From Lama glama (taxonomy: Eukaryota): 64,000 nucleotides of DNA. The notes beneath the pieces are model-generated. The model ran no database searches, was not told where the DNA came from, and saw nothing but the letters and a program-made list of their open reading frames with translations. The stretch spans positions 101,992,001 to 102,056,000 of the forward strand of contig CM052817.1 in NCBI GenBank assembly GCA_028534125.1. The letters are read 5' to 3'. The translations under genes and the position numbers were made by a program. This document shows positions 25,350 to 37,234 of the stretch, piece by piece (the stretch's first letter is position 1; each line of letters begins with the position of its first letter).

Positions 25350-25562
25350 GGCAGGAGTGCTACTGTGGCAGAACCCTGGCTAAGGGAGGAGTTCGTGTTC
25401 CTGTCTGAGCCCAACCCTCTGAACTTCTTGCTCTGACCCTGAAATAAAATTATCAGTAATTACCTCCTAGGGTTGCTGTGAAAATGGAATTGAAGATAAC
25501 TGTGAAAGTGTCTCATGGTCTCTAGAACATTAGGCAAATATAAATCATCATTGTTGTTATTT
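25350..25562 (+). mobile_element. MIR SINE, degraded
   Basis: Core-like tacctcctagggttgctgtgaaaatggaattgaagataac with a tt(g/a)tt tail. Confidence 0.6.
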
Positions 25563-25984
25563 TTGCATTCAAAAACCATTCGATACCATTTCATGTTGTG
25601 CATTTACTTCATTGAATCCCATAAATAATTTCTACCAGCAGGGTGGGTGGGTAGGGAGGAGGAAGGACAGGAGGAAGAGGCGTTGTCCCCCCTCAGTGAG
25701 TCCCTGCCTCAGCCGGAGCTGTGACTCTGCTGTTTCCCTGGCACCTCGTTTCCCCTGTGCTCCTCCCAGGGCGAACGCTTTGCCCAGAGGAAGGAGAGCT
25801 ACACACCCCCCTTTACACGGCCCTTAATGTAAATCAATCAAAGAAACATCTGTTCCATGCTGGAGATTTTCAAGGGCAATTTTGATTACACATGTGTTTC
25901 ATCTTACAGACGGACTTTGGACCTGACTCTCTTGCCACCTTGGAAGCAACTCCTCTTACGTCTTCCTCTTCAGAGGAGGGAAAG

Positions 25985-26100
25985 CTGCCGCGGGAGAGAG
26001 ACTTCGGTCCCCGGGCAGCGGACTGGTGAACCACGCCCTCTGACCCCAGGGCCACTTCCGGTCTGACTCTTGGCAAGATGGCGGCCTCTGGGAAGTGGCT
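25985..26100 (+). promoter_or_regulatory. Promoter-like module (ETS/GABPA plus YY1)
   Basis: CACTTCCGGT at 26053-26062 and CAAGATGGCGGC at 26074-26085, in a locally GC- and CpG-rich patch. Confidence 0.45.
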
Positions 26101-26332
26101 TCCTTCTTACCAGTGGGTCTGGGAGAGCATCTCCCTGGTGTCAGGGTCCCTGCTCTCCCTCAGCACCTCAATCAGAGAAGGTGCCCATGAGAAAAGGAAT
26201 TTACCAAAACCCAGAAAACAAAAAAATCCAATGGGAGAGAAACAAAATGGTTGGTAAATCCACGATTTGGAAAAGCTCACTTGTTCTGATAAGAATTCAC
26301 TTCATTGCCCGTCCTTTCATCTGTGAGTTTCT

Positions 26333-26480
26333 TTTCTTCAAAATTATTTTATTTTATTTTTTTGAGGGAGAGTAATTAGGCTTTTATTTATTTATTTTTA
26401 ATACAGGTACTGGGGATGGAACCCAGGACCCTGCGCGTGCTAAGCGTGCAATCTACCACTGAGCTAAACCCTCCCTTACC
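26333..26480 (-). mobile_element. tRNA-derived SINE (Vic-1-like)
   Basis: ggggatggaacccaggacc...ctaccactgagcta; TSD tcatctgtgagtttct / tcatctgtggatttct. Confidence 0.9.
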
Positions 26481-28108
26481 TCATCTGTGGATTTCTGATA
26501 TGTTGGTTAGGGTGAAAGAGGCTCAGTGTTGTCCCTGGGGGAGAAAAGCCCCTGCAGATTATGTTGGTGACTCAGCTGAGCGATGAATCTCTGAGCTCCC
26601 ACCTGGTCATGTGGGACAATTGGGCCCCAAGAGGACATGGTTTGCCTTCAGTTTGAAGATTTGAATGATTTTCCACCTTGTTTCGTTGCAAAAGGGTGAA
26701 TGTTCTTGTGGTTCTTGGCCCACGGAGAAAGTTCCTCTGTGAATGACAGTTTTATAGGTGCTGGCAGGTTTGGTCCAGGATCACATTTTACCAGTTCACC
26801 AGGTAATCTCTGATTTCCTTATCCAAATGGGAAATTTAGTGTGAAACCGATTGTAGGTGAAAATTGACTGTGTATGTATCACAGAGGCGATTTCTCACCA
26901 CCGAAAAAAACCCCATGTCCTGCTTGGGAAAGCAAGCACCAAAAACCAAAACCGCCTTTCCTTTTCATAAGCAAGTTTCAGCCAAAAGGAAAAGGAGTTT
27001 TATTTTTTGCGAACCCACAAAAATGTCATATTCACCAGTGAGGAAATCACATTTGTACAACTGTATTAAAGATGTTTTTCTCATTCAGGCAAATGGGAAA
27101 GTTTTACATGAAACTGCTTTTGGGGGCAAAGGTATGGGGAGAGTGTTTTTATATAAAGAAAACAGTCTTCCTTGCTTTGGAAGTAGAAATTGCTCTAAAG
27201 AGTAGATTTTGAAGTGCTCTCTTGTCTCTCAGCTGCCTTAGTCCATCACTGATTGAGGTTGAAGTAGGACTCCTATAAACTACACTTTGAACTTTCTTTA
27301 GCTAAACATTTTTGATGGATTCAAGCTGTGGCTTGAAAAACTGGCTCAAAAGCATGCACACGACAAGACCACTTTTCCAATGGACTTGAGGGTGTCAGAT
27401 GCTTCCTCAGGGAAATGGGCATACTTTCCAAGTCTGGTTGCCTGTAGGGAACAGATCACACTGACTCTCCAACCCTGCTCCATCCCAGAGTCTGAAGCCA
27501 TACCAGTCAGCATTCCCAGTAATGTCCAATTTCAGCTCTAGGTCCTTTCTGGCTAGCTTGTAAATTGCCCAAATTGTGTTAGAACCTGTCCAAGGCCAGA
27601 GATAGAAATCTCTTGAAAATGGTCCAACTGACAATGCTAAGGAGAAAAATGGGGAGAGAGGTGCATGCATGAAGTTTAGAGGCACATGACTGCTGAGCTT
27701 GATCTGACTTCTTCCTTAGAATTGTAAATGATTCTGCATGGAGACAGTGGCTAATGGGAGAGCCAGGGACAGGAGGGTGGCAGCCGACAGTCCTGGGGCA
27801 GCCCAAGACAGGGCTGGTGAGAAGTCCCTCCCAGCAATGCTGGGTCAGATGGAGCTTGGCAGACCCCTGGTATGTCCCAGCATGGAGGTGAGGGAGGGCA
27901 GGTTGGAAGAGTGAGTGATGTAAGTTGGGGGATGTTAGAGGCAAACCAGAGGAACAGACTTACAGCAGGTCGTCAGGAAACGTGGCAAAGCAGAAACAAA
28001 CAAGGAGGCAGCTCCAATCACATTTTGAATCATTAATACTAAGTTGCATATCGAATCATTTTGGATTCTGAAGACTCCACAACCTGCCTAGTCATTGGTG
28101 GGATGGGA

Positions 28109-28460
28109 AGTGTTTCGCCAAATCTGGTTCCCAGATCAGCAGAATCAGCATCACCTGGGAACTTTTTAAAGCAAATTCTCAAACTCTACTCCAGATCCAT
28201 TGAATCAGAAACCCTGGGGGAGGATCTCACAAGGTGCGTTTCCGCAGGCCCACTAGAGGATTCTGGTGCACACTAAAGGTTGGAAACCACTACTTTAGAG
28301 CACTTCTTCTCAGATTTTAAGGTGTACAAGAATCACCAGGCAATCTTGCTGAATACAAATACAAATTCAGATTCAGTAGGTCTGGGTTGGGGCTGAGATT
28401 CTGCATTTCTACTAAGCCCCTCGGTGACGCTGATGCCGCTGGGTCATAGAGCATATATAT
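28109..28460. mobile_element. Two adjacent MER5-type hAT-Charlie MITEs
   Basis: cagcatcacctgggaac...gaatcagaaaccctggg...aaggttggaaaccacta, 8-bp spacer ctttagag, then gaatcacc...gattcagtaggtctgggttgggg. Confidence 0.8.
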
Positions 28461-29232
28461 GGAGGTCTTATGGTCAGAACAAGGTCCAGCACCCATGGCT
28501 TGGGTCCCAGGGGCAGAAGAGATGCTTTCCTACATGACCAGAGAGGGGAATAGAAGCTCAGTGCCTTATGAGTGATCAGGGCAGAGCCCCAGGTCATGGC
28601 ATTGCTTTCCATTGAGGCAGGTACTTAATGGCACAGTTGGGAGAGAGGCTGAGCTGGTAGGTAGTGGAGTTGAGAGTAATTACCTTTGGCAAATATTTGC
28701 TAGATCTGGTCTTGTGGGGAAGGACTTTGGGGTTTTTTCACTCAAATTTGTTTCTGGGGCTTTCCATGGAAGCTTTGTTTTTGTCCTCTGGGATGTGTTT
28801 TGACATTTTTTTTTTTCTGGAAAAGAAAATTGGAGAAAAATTGGCTTGAAAGTCCCTCAAAAAAGTTTATCTAGTAGCTTTAATTGGAAAGGGAAGGGTT
28901 TAAGGTATGTATAGGTAGCCAGTCAGACCTTTTTACTTCAATTTCTGATCAATTAGTTGCTTAATGCTGTACTGAAAACGAACAAGACTTAGTAGAGTGA
29001 AAGGGAAAGACTTCTAGGCAAAACCCAAACTCACATTGTATTTTCTTTTGGCAAGGAGATTTGTCTTCACAAATGAATGAGAAAATACATTAGATGGCAT
29101 GGTCCAGCATTGACCCTAGTAGAGACAGTCACTGTGCCTCAATGAGTGACTGAAGTTGGGAAGGTACTGAAGATATCTGACTTCCTGAGTGACCGGAGGA
29201 ATGGGGTTGGAGTCATGCTTATATAAAAGACA

Positions 29233-29445
29233 AAATGTAAAATAGATACACAACAAGTTTCTTCTGTAGAGCACAGGTAACTGTATTCAATATCTTGTAG
29301 TAACCTATAATGAAAACGACTATGAAAACAAATACATGTATGTATATGTATGATTGAAACATTATGCTGTACACCAGCAATTGACACAGCATTGTAAATT
29401 GACTATAGTTTAATTAAAATAAATAATAAAACAAAAGCAAAAACA
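29233..29445 (+). mobile_element. 5'-truncated artiodactyl-type L1 3' end
   Basis: Same sequence family as 11843-12121; A-rich tail. Confidence 0.85.
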
Positions 29446-30359
29446 GCAGACAGACAGAATGTCCCTTCAGTGGTTATTGCTTTATTTAAAAACAAGAGAG
29501 CTTCTTCGTTTTCTCCATTCTGTAAAAGTTAAGTATGTACTTTGTTCTTTCAGAGAAAAGCAAAGACAAGAACATCATTCTTTCATCCTCAATTTTTGTG
29601 ACTCTGGAAGGAATCTCTCAGACTATTGAATTACACAGTTCTAGAAGGGATGTAGATTCTTCTCTAGGCTAGTGCTACAAATAAATATGAATTGCTCAAA
29701 TTTATGTCATGGATTTCAATCTTGTGTGAACCTAGCCTTTAAAGTGCTATGATTATTGCTAAATAAAAGCAATATTGGGAGTTCTGACTTCAGGTAAGAG
29801 AGCTCTCAGACCATAAAATTGGAGAGCTGCAATCTCAGGGACCAAATTGTCTTCCTTTCTCATTGCTTCTGAGTATCTCAAAAATAATAAAAATAAAAAT
29901 AAAAATAAATAAATAGAAAGATGAGTTTTTGAATTTTAAAAAAAATTTTTTTGCAATGTATATTATATATGTGTGTTTGTTTATGTGAATTGTCACATTC
30001 CACAAAAAGTAGCAAAGAATTTATATGGAAGTAAATTTTAAAAGACAGCCTAGCTCACAGCTTAAAAAGAGCTATTCTGTCTAAACCAGTATTGGTTCTA
30101 CTAATATCACCATGAGACAAAAGTTGTAATAATTTGGAGGATGTGTTTTACATTGAGCTACATACCTAAGTCAACCCATCCTTCTAAGGGGCATAAATGA
30201 TTAAAAGGGAACGTTGTAATGACACATGTAAACAAAAATGTGTGTGTTTTTGTGACAAGTGGTAAAAAAATATTTATGCTAGTTTATAGTCAAAATCTAT
30301 TTTGAAGGAGCCTGAAATACCAGGAAAAATAAGAACAACAGTAGTAAATTAAATATTAA

Positions 30360-30593
30360 GTGGTAACAAATTAGATAACTTAAAAGAAAGAAAAAATCCT
30401 AGAAAACACAAACTACTGAAACCGACTCAAGAAGAAACAGAAAATCCGAATAGACCAATCACAGGTAAAGAGGTTGAATCTGTAATTTAAAAACTTCACG
30501 GAAAGGAAAGCTCAGGCCCAGATGGCTGCATTGGCGAGTTCTATCGAGGGAAGAGCTAATGCAGTCTTTTACAAATGATTCCAAAAAGTTAAA
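30360..30593 (+). mobile_element. L1 ORF2 fragment running into a gap
   Basis: Encodes TQEETENPNRPITGKEVESVI and SGPDGCIGEFY-like ORF2 linker motifs. Confidence 0.85.
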
Positions 30594-31093
30594 NNNNNNN
30601 NNNNNNNNNNNNNNNNNNNNNNNNNNNNNNNNNNNNNNNNNNNNNNNNNNNNNNNNNNNNNNNNNNNNNNNNNNNNNNNNNNNNNNNNNNNNNNNNNNNN
30701 NNNNNNNNNNNNNNNNNNNNNNNNNNNNNNNNNNNNNNNNNNNNNNNNNNNNNNNNNNNNNNNNNNNNNNNNNNNNNNNNNNNNNNNNNNNNNNNNNNNN
30801 NNNNNNNNNNNNNNNNNNNNNNNNNNNNNNNNNNNNNNNNNNNNNNNNNNNNNNNNNNNNNNNNNNNNNNNNNNNNNNNNNNNNNNNNNNNNNNNNNNNN
30901 NNNNNNNNNNNNNNNNNNNNNNNNNNNNNNNNNNNNNNNNNNNNNNNNNNNNNNNNNNNNNNNNNNNNNNNNNNNNNNNNNNNNNNNNNNNNNNNNNNNN
31001 NNNNNNNNNNNNNNNNNNNNNNNNNNNNNNNNNNNNNNNNNNNNNNNNNNNNNNNNNNNNNNNNNNNNNNNNNNNNNNNNNNNNNNNNNNNNN
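30594..31093. other. Assembly gap (500 N)
   Basis: Run of N. Confidence 1.
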
Positions 31094-31555
31094 GACCTTC
31101 TAAAACTGAAAATCTGTTCTCACTTGCAGCTTGTGCTGCAATTTTGAATGAACTAGCAGAGACAGTATTGGAGATACATCACTTTTCCTCCCAAAATCAC
31201 TGAGATGACAAGGCCACCTCAGCCTGGGAGCCCTGTGGACAATGACTACCATGATTGAATGGAAACCATATTCCCGGCCGTGGAAATCCAGAGTGCTAGT
31301 GAAACCAGAACGCTTCCATTAGAACCTGAGCAACTTCCCAGGAGCTTAACAAACTGCTGTCCTCTATTGCCTCTGGGAAAGAGCAGACAGCAGACACTCA
31401 TGTTCTCAGTATTACCAGTCGAATCAATACCTCATGTAGCAGAACACTGTCACTCACCTGTCACACCCCCTGTAACCCAGGGCTTTTCAGCCTCAGCACA
31501 ATTGACACTTTCAGCCAGATAACCCTCACTCAAGTTTTCTCCTTTGGCTCCTGCT

Positions 31556-31960
31556 TTAAAAAAAAAATGTAGGTATCAGGGGGAGAGTATAACTTAGTGG
31601 TAGAATGCATGCTTAGCATGCAAAAGGTCCTGGGTTCAATCCCCAGTATCTCCATTGAAATAAACTAACAAACAAAGAAACAAACCTCATTACACCCCCC
31701 CCAAATCAGCAGTAATAAACAATCCTTAAAAAATTTTTGTAGGTATCAAATTTACATGAAACATAAAATTTAGCATGGTAACCATTTTTAAGTGTATAGT
31801 TCAGTGACGTTAAGCACAGTCCCCTTGTTGTGTAACCATCATGGGTGGAGCGTGGTCAGCCATCTCCAGAACGCTTTCATCCTCTCGAACTGAAACTTCA
31901 TTCCCATTAAGCACTGACTCCCCATTCTCCTCTTCCCACAGTCCCTGGCAACCACTTGCC
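31556..31960 (-). mobile_element. L1MB-like 3' end, interrupted by a SINE
   Basis: accatttttaagtgtatagttcagtg...catctccagaac...ccctggcaaccac. Confidence 0.8.
31579..31737 (+). mobile_element. tRNA-derived SINE (Vic-1-like)
   Basis: B box gggttcaatcccc; perfect TSD tgtaggtatca (31568-31578 and 31738-31748). Confidence 0.9.
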
Positions 31961-32094
31961 CTTTATAAATATCTAAACATACCCAGAACCTTGAGGTGAA
32001 AGTGAGGTGTGGAGGTGGGGGGGGTGTGTAGTGGATCGCACAGGAACTGGGTGTTTCCCATTCCACAGCCACGGTCTGTGTGGCTTCGGGGATG

Positions 32095-32290
32095 AGGCTT
32101 CAATCCTGCCCAAGCCATCTGTGGACTCTGCCACGTGAGGCAGGTGGCGCAATGTTCACCTGCCTTGGTGTCCTCATCTACAGTGCGGGGTTGATCAGAG
32201 GCATGTCACGTAGGATTCTTATGAGGATGAAATGAGTTAATAACCACAAAGTCCTAGGGCTGCTCCACACTCCATCAACTCCAAACTGCA
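32095..32290 (+). mobile_element. MIR SINE
   Basis: Core gtcctcatctac...taggattcttatgaggatgaaatgagttaata. Confidence 0.7.
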
Positions 32291-32774
32291 CAATGATGAG
32301 AACTAGAGCACTTGCTGATATTCGGCTTAAAATCTGGCAGTGCTGTTTGTTGAGATGCACAGGGCAGACGCTTAATCCCCCTGTCCTCTCCTGGTTACAG
32401 TCTAACCATCTCTCACTTGGAGCATGATATATTAGCTACGTGAATTTGGATTCTGTTTCCATACTCCAGGATCAGAAGGCAAAATCAACAGCAGACTTGG
32501 AATGTGATTCAAATACGTGCCTTGCGGACAGACGTGATTGCCAGCCCCTCAGCCAGGAGACTCAGTGCTTATGAATCACGAGATGTTTCTGTTGTCCTGC
32601 AGGTGCTGAAACGCAGACTCCAAGCCTCACTTCCTAATGTGAGCCCCGAGCACACAGTTTCTCTTCTCCACCTTCTTAGTACTGTTTTCTCCTCTATGGT
32701 ATAATTTAAATAACTTAATTTAGAGCTAGACAGTTATAAGGTGGTGATTATTACCTAATATCATGATTTCACAG

Positions 32775-32890
32775 ATCTGAATGCTGCCTCCAACCTTTCA
32801 CTGCTTATGTAGCCTTAGGGAAGTTCTTGGCCTCAGTTTCTTCGTCTGTAAAATGGAAATAATCATGGCTCTTGTCTCATGGGAGAAATA
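32775..32890 (+). mobile_element. MIR SINE fragment
   Basis: gcctcagtttcttcgtctgtaaaatgg. Confidence 0.75.
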
Positions 32891-33094
32891 ATGAGCTTCC
32901 AAATCTAACATGCTGGGCATGCGAATACTGCCCTTCTTCTCAGGCTAGACATTTGTCAGATGAGATCAGAAAAACAAATCAAGTTTTCTCAAGGAAATGT
33001 TTGTGGGTGATTTAGAACTATGTATTTGTTCTATGAACCAAATTGAATACTACTTTAGAAAGAAGGCTTCTAGAGTTTAAAAGAAATAGCCCTC

Positions 33095-33320
33095 AATGAT
33101 TGTTTATTATGTACTAGGAGCTGTGTTAATGATTTTGCAGATATTTCCTCATTCAAATCTTCAGGTAGTTGACCTAAGAGAAGGTATTATTATTTCCATT
33201 TTGCAGATGAGGAAACTGAGGCAGAAGGGAGGCTAATTAACTTGTCTGAGGTCACAGAACTGGTAAATGATGGGATGGAATACAGTTTGGTCATATTCTC
33301 GTCTACTATGTAACCATATC
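33095..33320 (-). mobile_element. MIR SINE
   Basis: ccattttgcagatgaggaaactgaggc...aacttgtctgaggtcacag. Confidence 0.85.
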
Positions 33321-35705
33321 TCTGCGCCAAAATGTTAACTGATGGTACCTGGCTATTCCATGGTGAATAAATGATAAATGATGAGAGAGTGCTCTCACAC
33401 TGTGCGCTGCTCTACTAAAATCCATATTCTAAGATTCATATATTATCTTTTAAAGGAAATCTATTCACTGGGTGCCTGTAGACTGAGGCTAATTTTTTTT
33501 AATTGAAGAATAGTCAATCACACTGTGTCAATTTCTGGTGTACAGCACAATGCCCCAGTCATGAGACTAGTTTTACTTTTTCATGGAGAACTTAAAATTA
33601 AATGCAGTATTTGGCCAAAACTAAAACGAAATATGTGAATGATATTAGCACTATTTTTTTCCACCTTGAAATTTAATGATTATAGAGTTGCTCTTTGCCA
33701 ATCTTTAGCTTGATTTCTGCTCACAGTTCAAGCTCGAAGACCTAATCAATACCTATATGTATTCATTGTTGAGTAAACCTTCATATTTTGAATAAGCAAA
33801 ACTGGTTAAATTTGAAAAGTCCACTATGAGATGGGCACATAACCAAGTTATAGCTTTAGGAAAAAAAAAACAAAACCTGATTGCTTGTTGCTTCCAAATT
33901 CTTGACATGTGTTCAATGTAGAGGTGCCCTAAAGAAAAGTGGAGGGGCAGGGGGATTGGAGGAACCTTCAAAACTGTACCATATATGATCTATGTCATTT
34001 GCTCTTCTAAACTGTTGTTCCTGGACAGTGTCAGTGAGCTGCTTTAAGTGGTTTAGCATGTTTGGTTGGCTGTACCTATGCTTACAATAAACAATGCATC
34101 CGGCTTTCTCTTTACAGTAATGAAGACGTATCTGGAAGGACATCAGAGTCATTAAATTCTTTCACCCTTTTAGGACAGTGTCAGTTGAGATTCAGAAATT
34201 CATCAAGAGTGCTCAAGGTCTGAAGAAAATGCAAGCTGTTGAATTAACACAAGATGTTTGCAATGAGCCCGAAGGAGAAGAGGTGCTATGTGCGGTAACT
34301 TGTTAAAAATGTTATCTACTGAGCTTTTTACACGGATTTTCATTGTAATATCTAGTGAGTTATATTTTTAAATGATACAATTCAGTCTTAAGAATGACAG
34401 GCAGTACATTGTGCAAGAGTCTGCCAGGAGAAACCTCAGGTAGATTGGGAAGCACAAGGCAAATTCATTTTTCAAGTGATGAAACCTAGTATCAAAGGGC
34501 TAGTTTGAATTTTGCTGCTTTGGAAAAAAGAAATAATAAACTGAAAATGTCCATACATATTACAGTTGAGTTATCTCAAAAACAGATTTTTTTTTCAGGA
34601 AAAAAATTGCAAAAGTTGATTACTCGGTTGTGTGAGAATCTTTGATTCTTAAGATTGATCAAAAAAAAAAAAAAGAAAGGAACTTTTAATAAGTAGGTTG
34701 GGAATGCCAAGTTCATGGTGTCCTTTCAAGCTGGATAAATCAGGAAGAATGCTCTTTACCCAGAACGGGATGGTCTTTTGGAAGAGAGGCTAATCAACCT
34801 AGATTCCTGCTGCTCGGCATAAACATCAAAGTTCCTGTGGCCGTTCATAGACAAGAAATCCATTTCCATACATTTGGCCAACTTTTTGGCACCTGGGTAA
34901 AAAGCCTTGAGCAACCAAAAGCCTGGCTTGAATTGTATTAAAATCTTACAATTGGAGCGGAATGGATTGAGTCCTTTGATTGGGATGGGCTCTTAGTAGA
35001 CGCATGGTTTGGAGAACTTTCCCCATTTGTCTCATTGGAAAACTTGCTGTTTTCATCTCTCTGTCCAGCCGGGGCCCTCTCTCCCCACAATATTCTTTGA
35101 AGAACATGTAGCTCTCCATAAAACATCTAGCAGAGGAGAAAAAAAAAAACACTCTTAGTTTCACAAATGCTTGTCAAAATGAAAAAAAGCAATGTAATTT
35201 CATACCAAAAGTTTGCTTCCTCTTGTATCTAAATTTGATTAGATGTGATCCTAATCAGTAGGTAAAACTGAGTGATGATAACTGGCTGTTTGTTAAACTA
35301 ATTAATAGATGAAGATCACTCCGCCAAGCAGTCCCACAGAAATCCTGCTGCACGTTTCCAAGGATGTCTGTGCTTTCCATTTATTCCCAAGGAATTTGAG
35401 GGGAACCATCTATTTTTCTTTTCTTCTTCTTCTTCTTCTTTTTTTTTTTTTTTGCCAGTGGTTTAGCTAGAATTAAAACTAATAACCTCTTGGCCCAATG
35501 CTTTTGCTCAAACTTCTGGGAAGCACAGACCTCTGTTGTTCAGGATTGCACACGTCTTCCAGATTCTCAGTTGGGGAAAATGCAAAGTCTGCACTCTGGC
35601 CTTGGGCAGTGGATCCCTGGGCGTGGAAATCGGCGCCTCAGGTTTTCCCAACAGCACCAAAGTCCTCCACAGGTCAATAACCTCAGAAGCTAACCTCTTT
35701 CTGCA

Positions 35706-35744
35706 AACCACACGATGGAATGCATTGCGCAATGTGATGCAAAT
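35706..35744. promoter_or_regulatory. Dense TF motif cluster (RUNX, TEAD, C/EBP, C/EBP-ATF4, octamer)
   Basis: AACCACA at 35706, TGGAATG at 35716, ATTGCGCAAT at 35724, TGATGCAA at 35735, ATGCAAAT at 35737. Confidence 0.45.
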
Positions 35745-35784
35745 GCATCTCTCAGGGCCTTGCCTCATTGATCAAGGCAGTTAT

Positions 35785-37230
35785 TTTTTTTCTCCCCAAG
35801 TTTTTCTTTTGAAAATTTCCAAACTACATAAAAGATAAAGACTACTATAATTTTAAAAATCCATATATCCTACATCCAGATTTATCCATTAGTCACACTT
35901 CTTTCTTATTCATCCATTTATTTATATATTTTTACTGAGTCATTTGCAGGTAGCAGACACAATGACATTTCACCTCTATGGACCTTATAATGCATCTCCT
36001 GAGCATAAGGACCATTATCACACACCCCCAAATTAACCATAAGTCCCTTATATCATTTACCATGAAGCCCACGTTTAAATTTCCCCAATGATTTCCCCAA
36101 TGTCTTCTGCTGTATTTATTAATTTACCTGTGTAGAATTCAGTCATGATTGATGTGTTACATTTGGTTGTCTTTTCAGTCTCTTTTAATCTAGAACAGTT
36201 CTCCCACATTTCTGTTCATTCTGTTTGTTTGTTTGTTTTTGTTTTCGTGACAGTGACTTTTCTGAAGATCCCAGAAGGTTATGAAACAGTCTACATATGA
36301 ATTGGCCTGATTGATTTTTCATTGTTAGACTCAGGTACGTTCTTTCTCAAGAACGTTACTCTGGTGCTTTAAAATTCTTAATGCTTTATACCAGGAGGTA
36401 CATGATGTCAGATTGTCCCACCACTAGTGATACTAAGGTTGGTCACCTGGGTAAAGTGGTGATCAGAGTGAACTCTCCATGGGGAGGTACATTTCCCCCT
36501 TCGGGATTAGTAAATAAATCTGTCGGGGAGAATACTTTGACTGTGTGACTTAGCTCTTCCCTAACTTTCATCTTATACTCGCTTGTTCTATCAATAATTC
36601 TTGCCTGCTGCCATTATTCTTGGTGATTGCCAAATGATGATTTTTCCAATTCTGTGATTCCTTCTTTGAGATTTTCTTAATTCTCAATCTTGCTTCTTCT
36701 TTAATATCATTATGGATTAATTGAAAAATTCAGTGTCTTCTAACTCACTGCCATTATTGTCCCTTTTGTCACTCAAAGTTTCCAAATCTGGTTATTGGAA
36801 ACTAACTCAGGAAGGCTCCCATGTTTCTTCGATTTGTTGCCATTAGTGTTTGAGCACTTTGTTGTTTTCTTTTCCTTGCCCCAGACCCAGCATTAGCTGT
36901 CACTGTAACAACCCATGGTATCTTATAGTGTGGAATGATGTTTAAAAATCAGTATCTAGACACTAACTCAGTTTATTTCTATTGGGATGTCATTATTTCC
37001 AGCTGCTTTAGGTAGACAATGCCAGAATGCATATAAGTCGCAAATTCATATTAATTTCAATCAAAAATGAAAAAAATTACAAAATTTTTACTTCCTTTAA
37101 TTTTTAATTTCTTTAATTTTGTATTTATACTTCCTTTCATTTCAGTCCTTTCTGTCCTGAATATATCCCACAGATGATGTAACATCACAGACATTGTATT
37201 TCCAAGTAAATTCAATCGTTTTCTCTGTTT
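35785..37230 (-). mobile_element. Old L1 3' region (L1MC4/5-like)
   Basis: tttgaaaatttccaaactaca...gcagacacaatgacatttcacc...gatgtcagattgtcccaccactagtgatactaag. Confidence 0.7.
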
Positions 37231-37234
37231 GATT

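Noticed and set aside
26070..26375. 101-aa ORF near the YY1 motif
   Set aside because: Runs into a SINE tail; no homology or convincing splice donor recognised
30559..31203. Long ORFs spanning N runs (also 6000-6299 and 59130-59832)
   Set aside because: Artefacts of assembly gaps
32130..32152. E-box plus CTCF-like ggcaggtggcgc
   Set aside because: Inside a MIR and lacks the leading CC of the CTCF core
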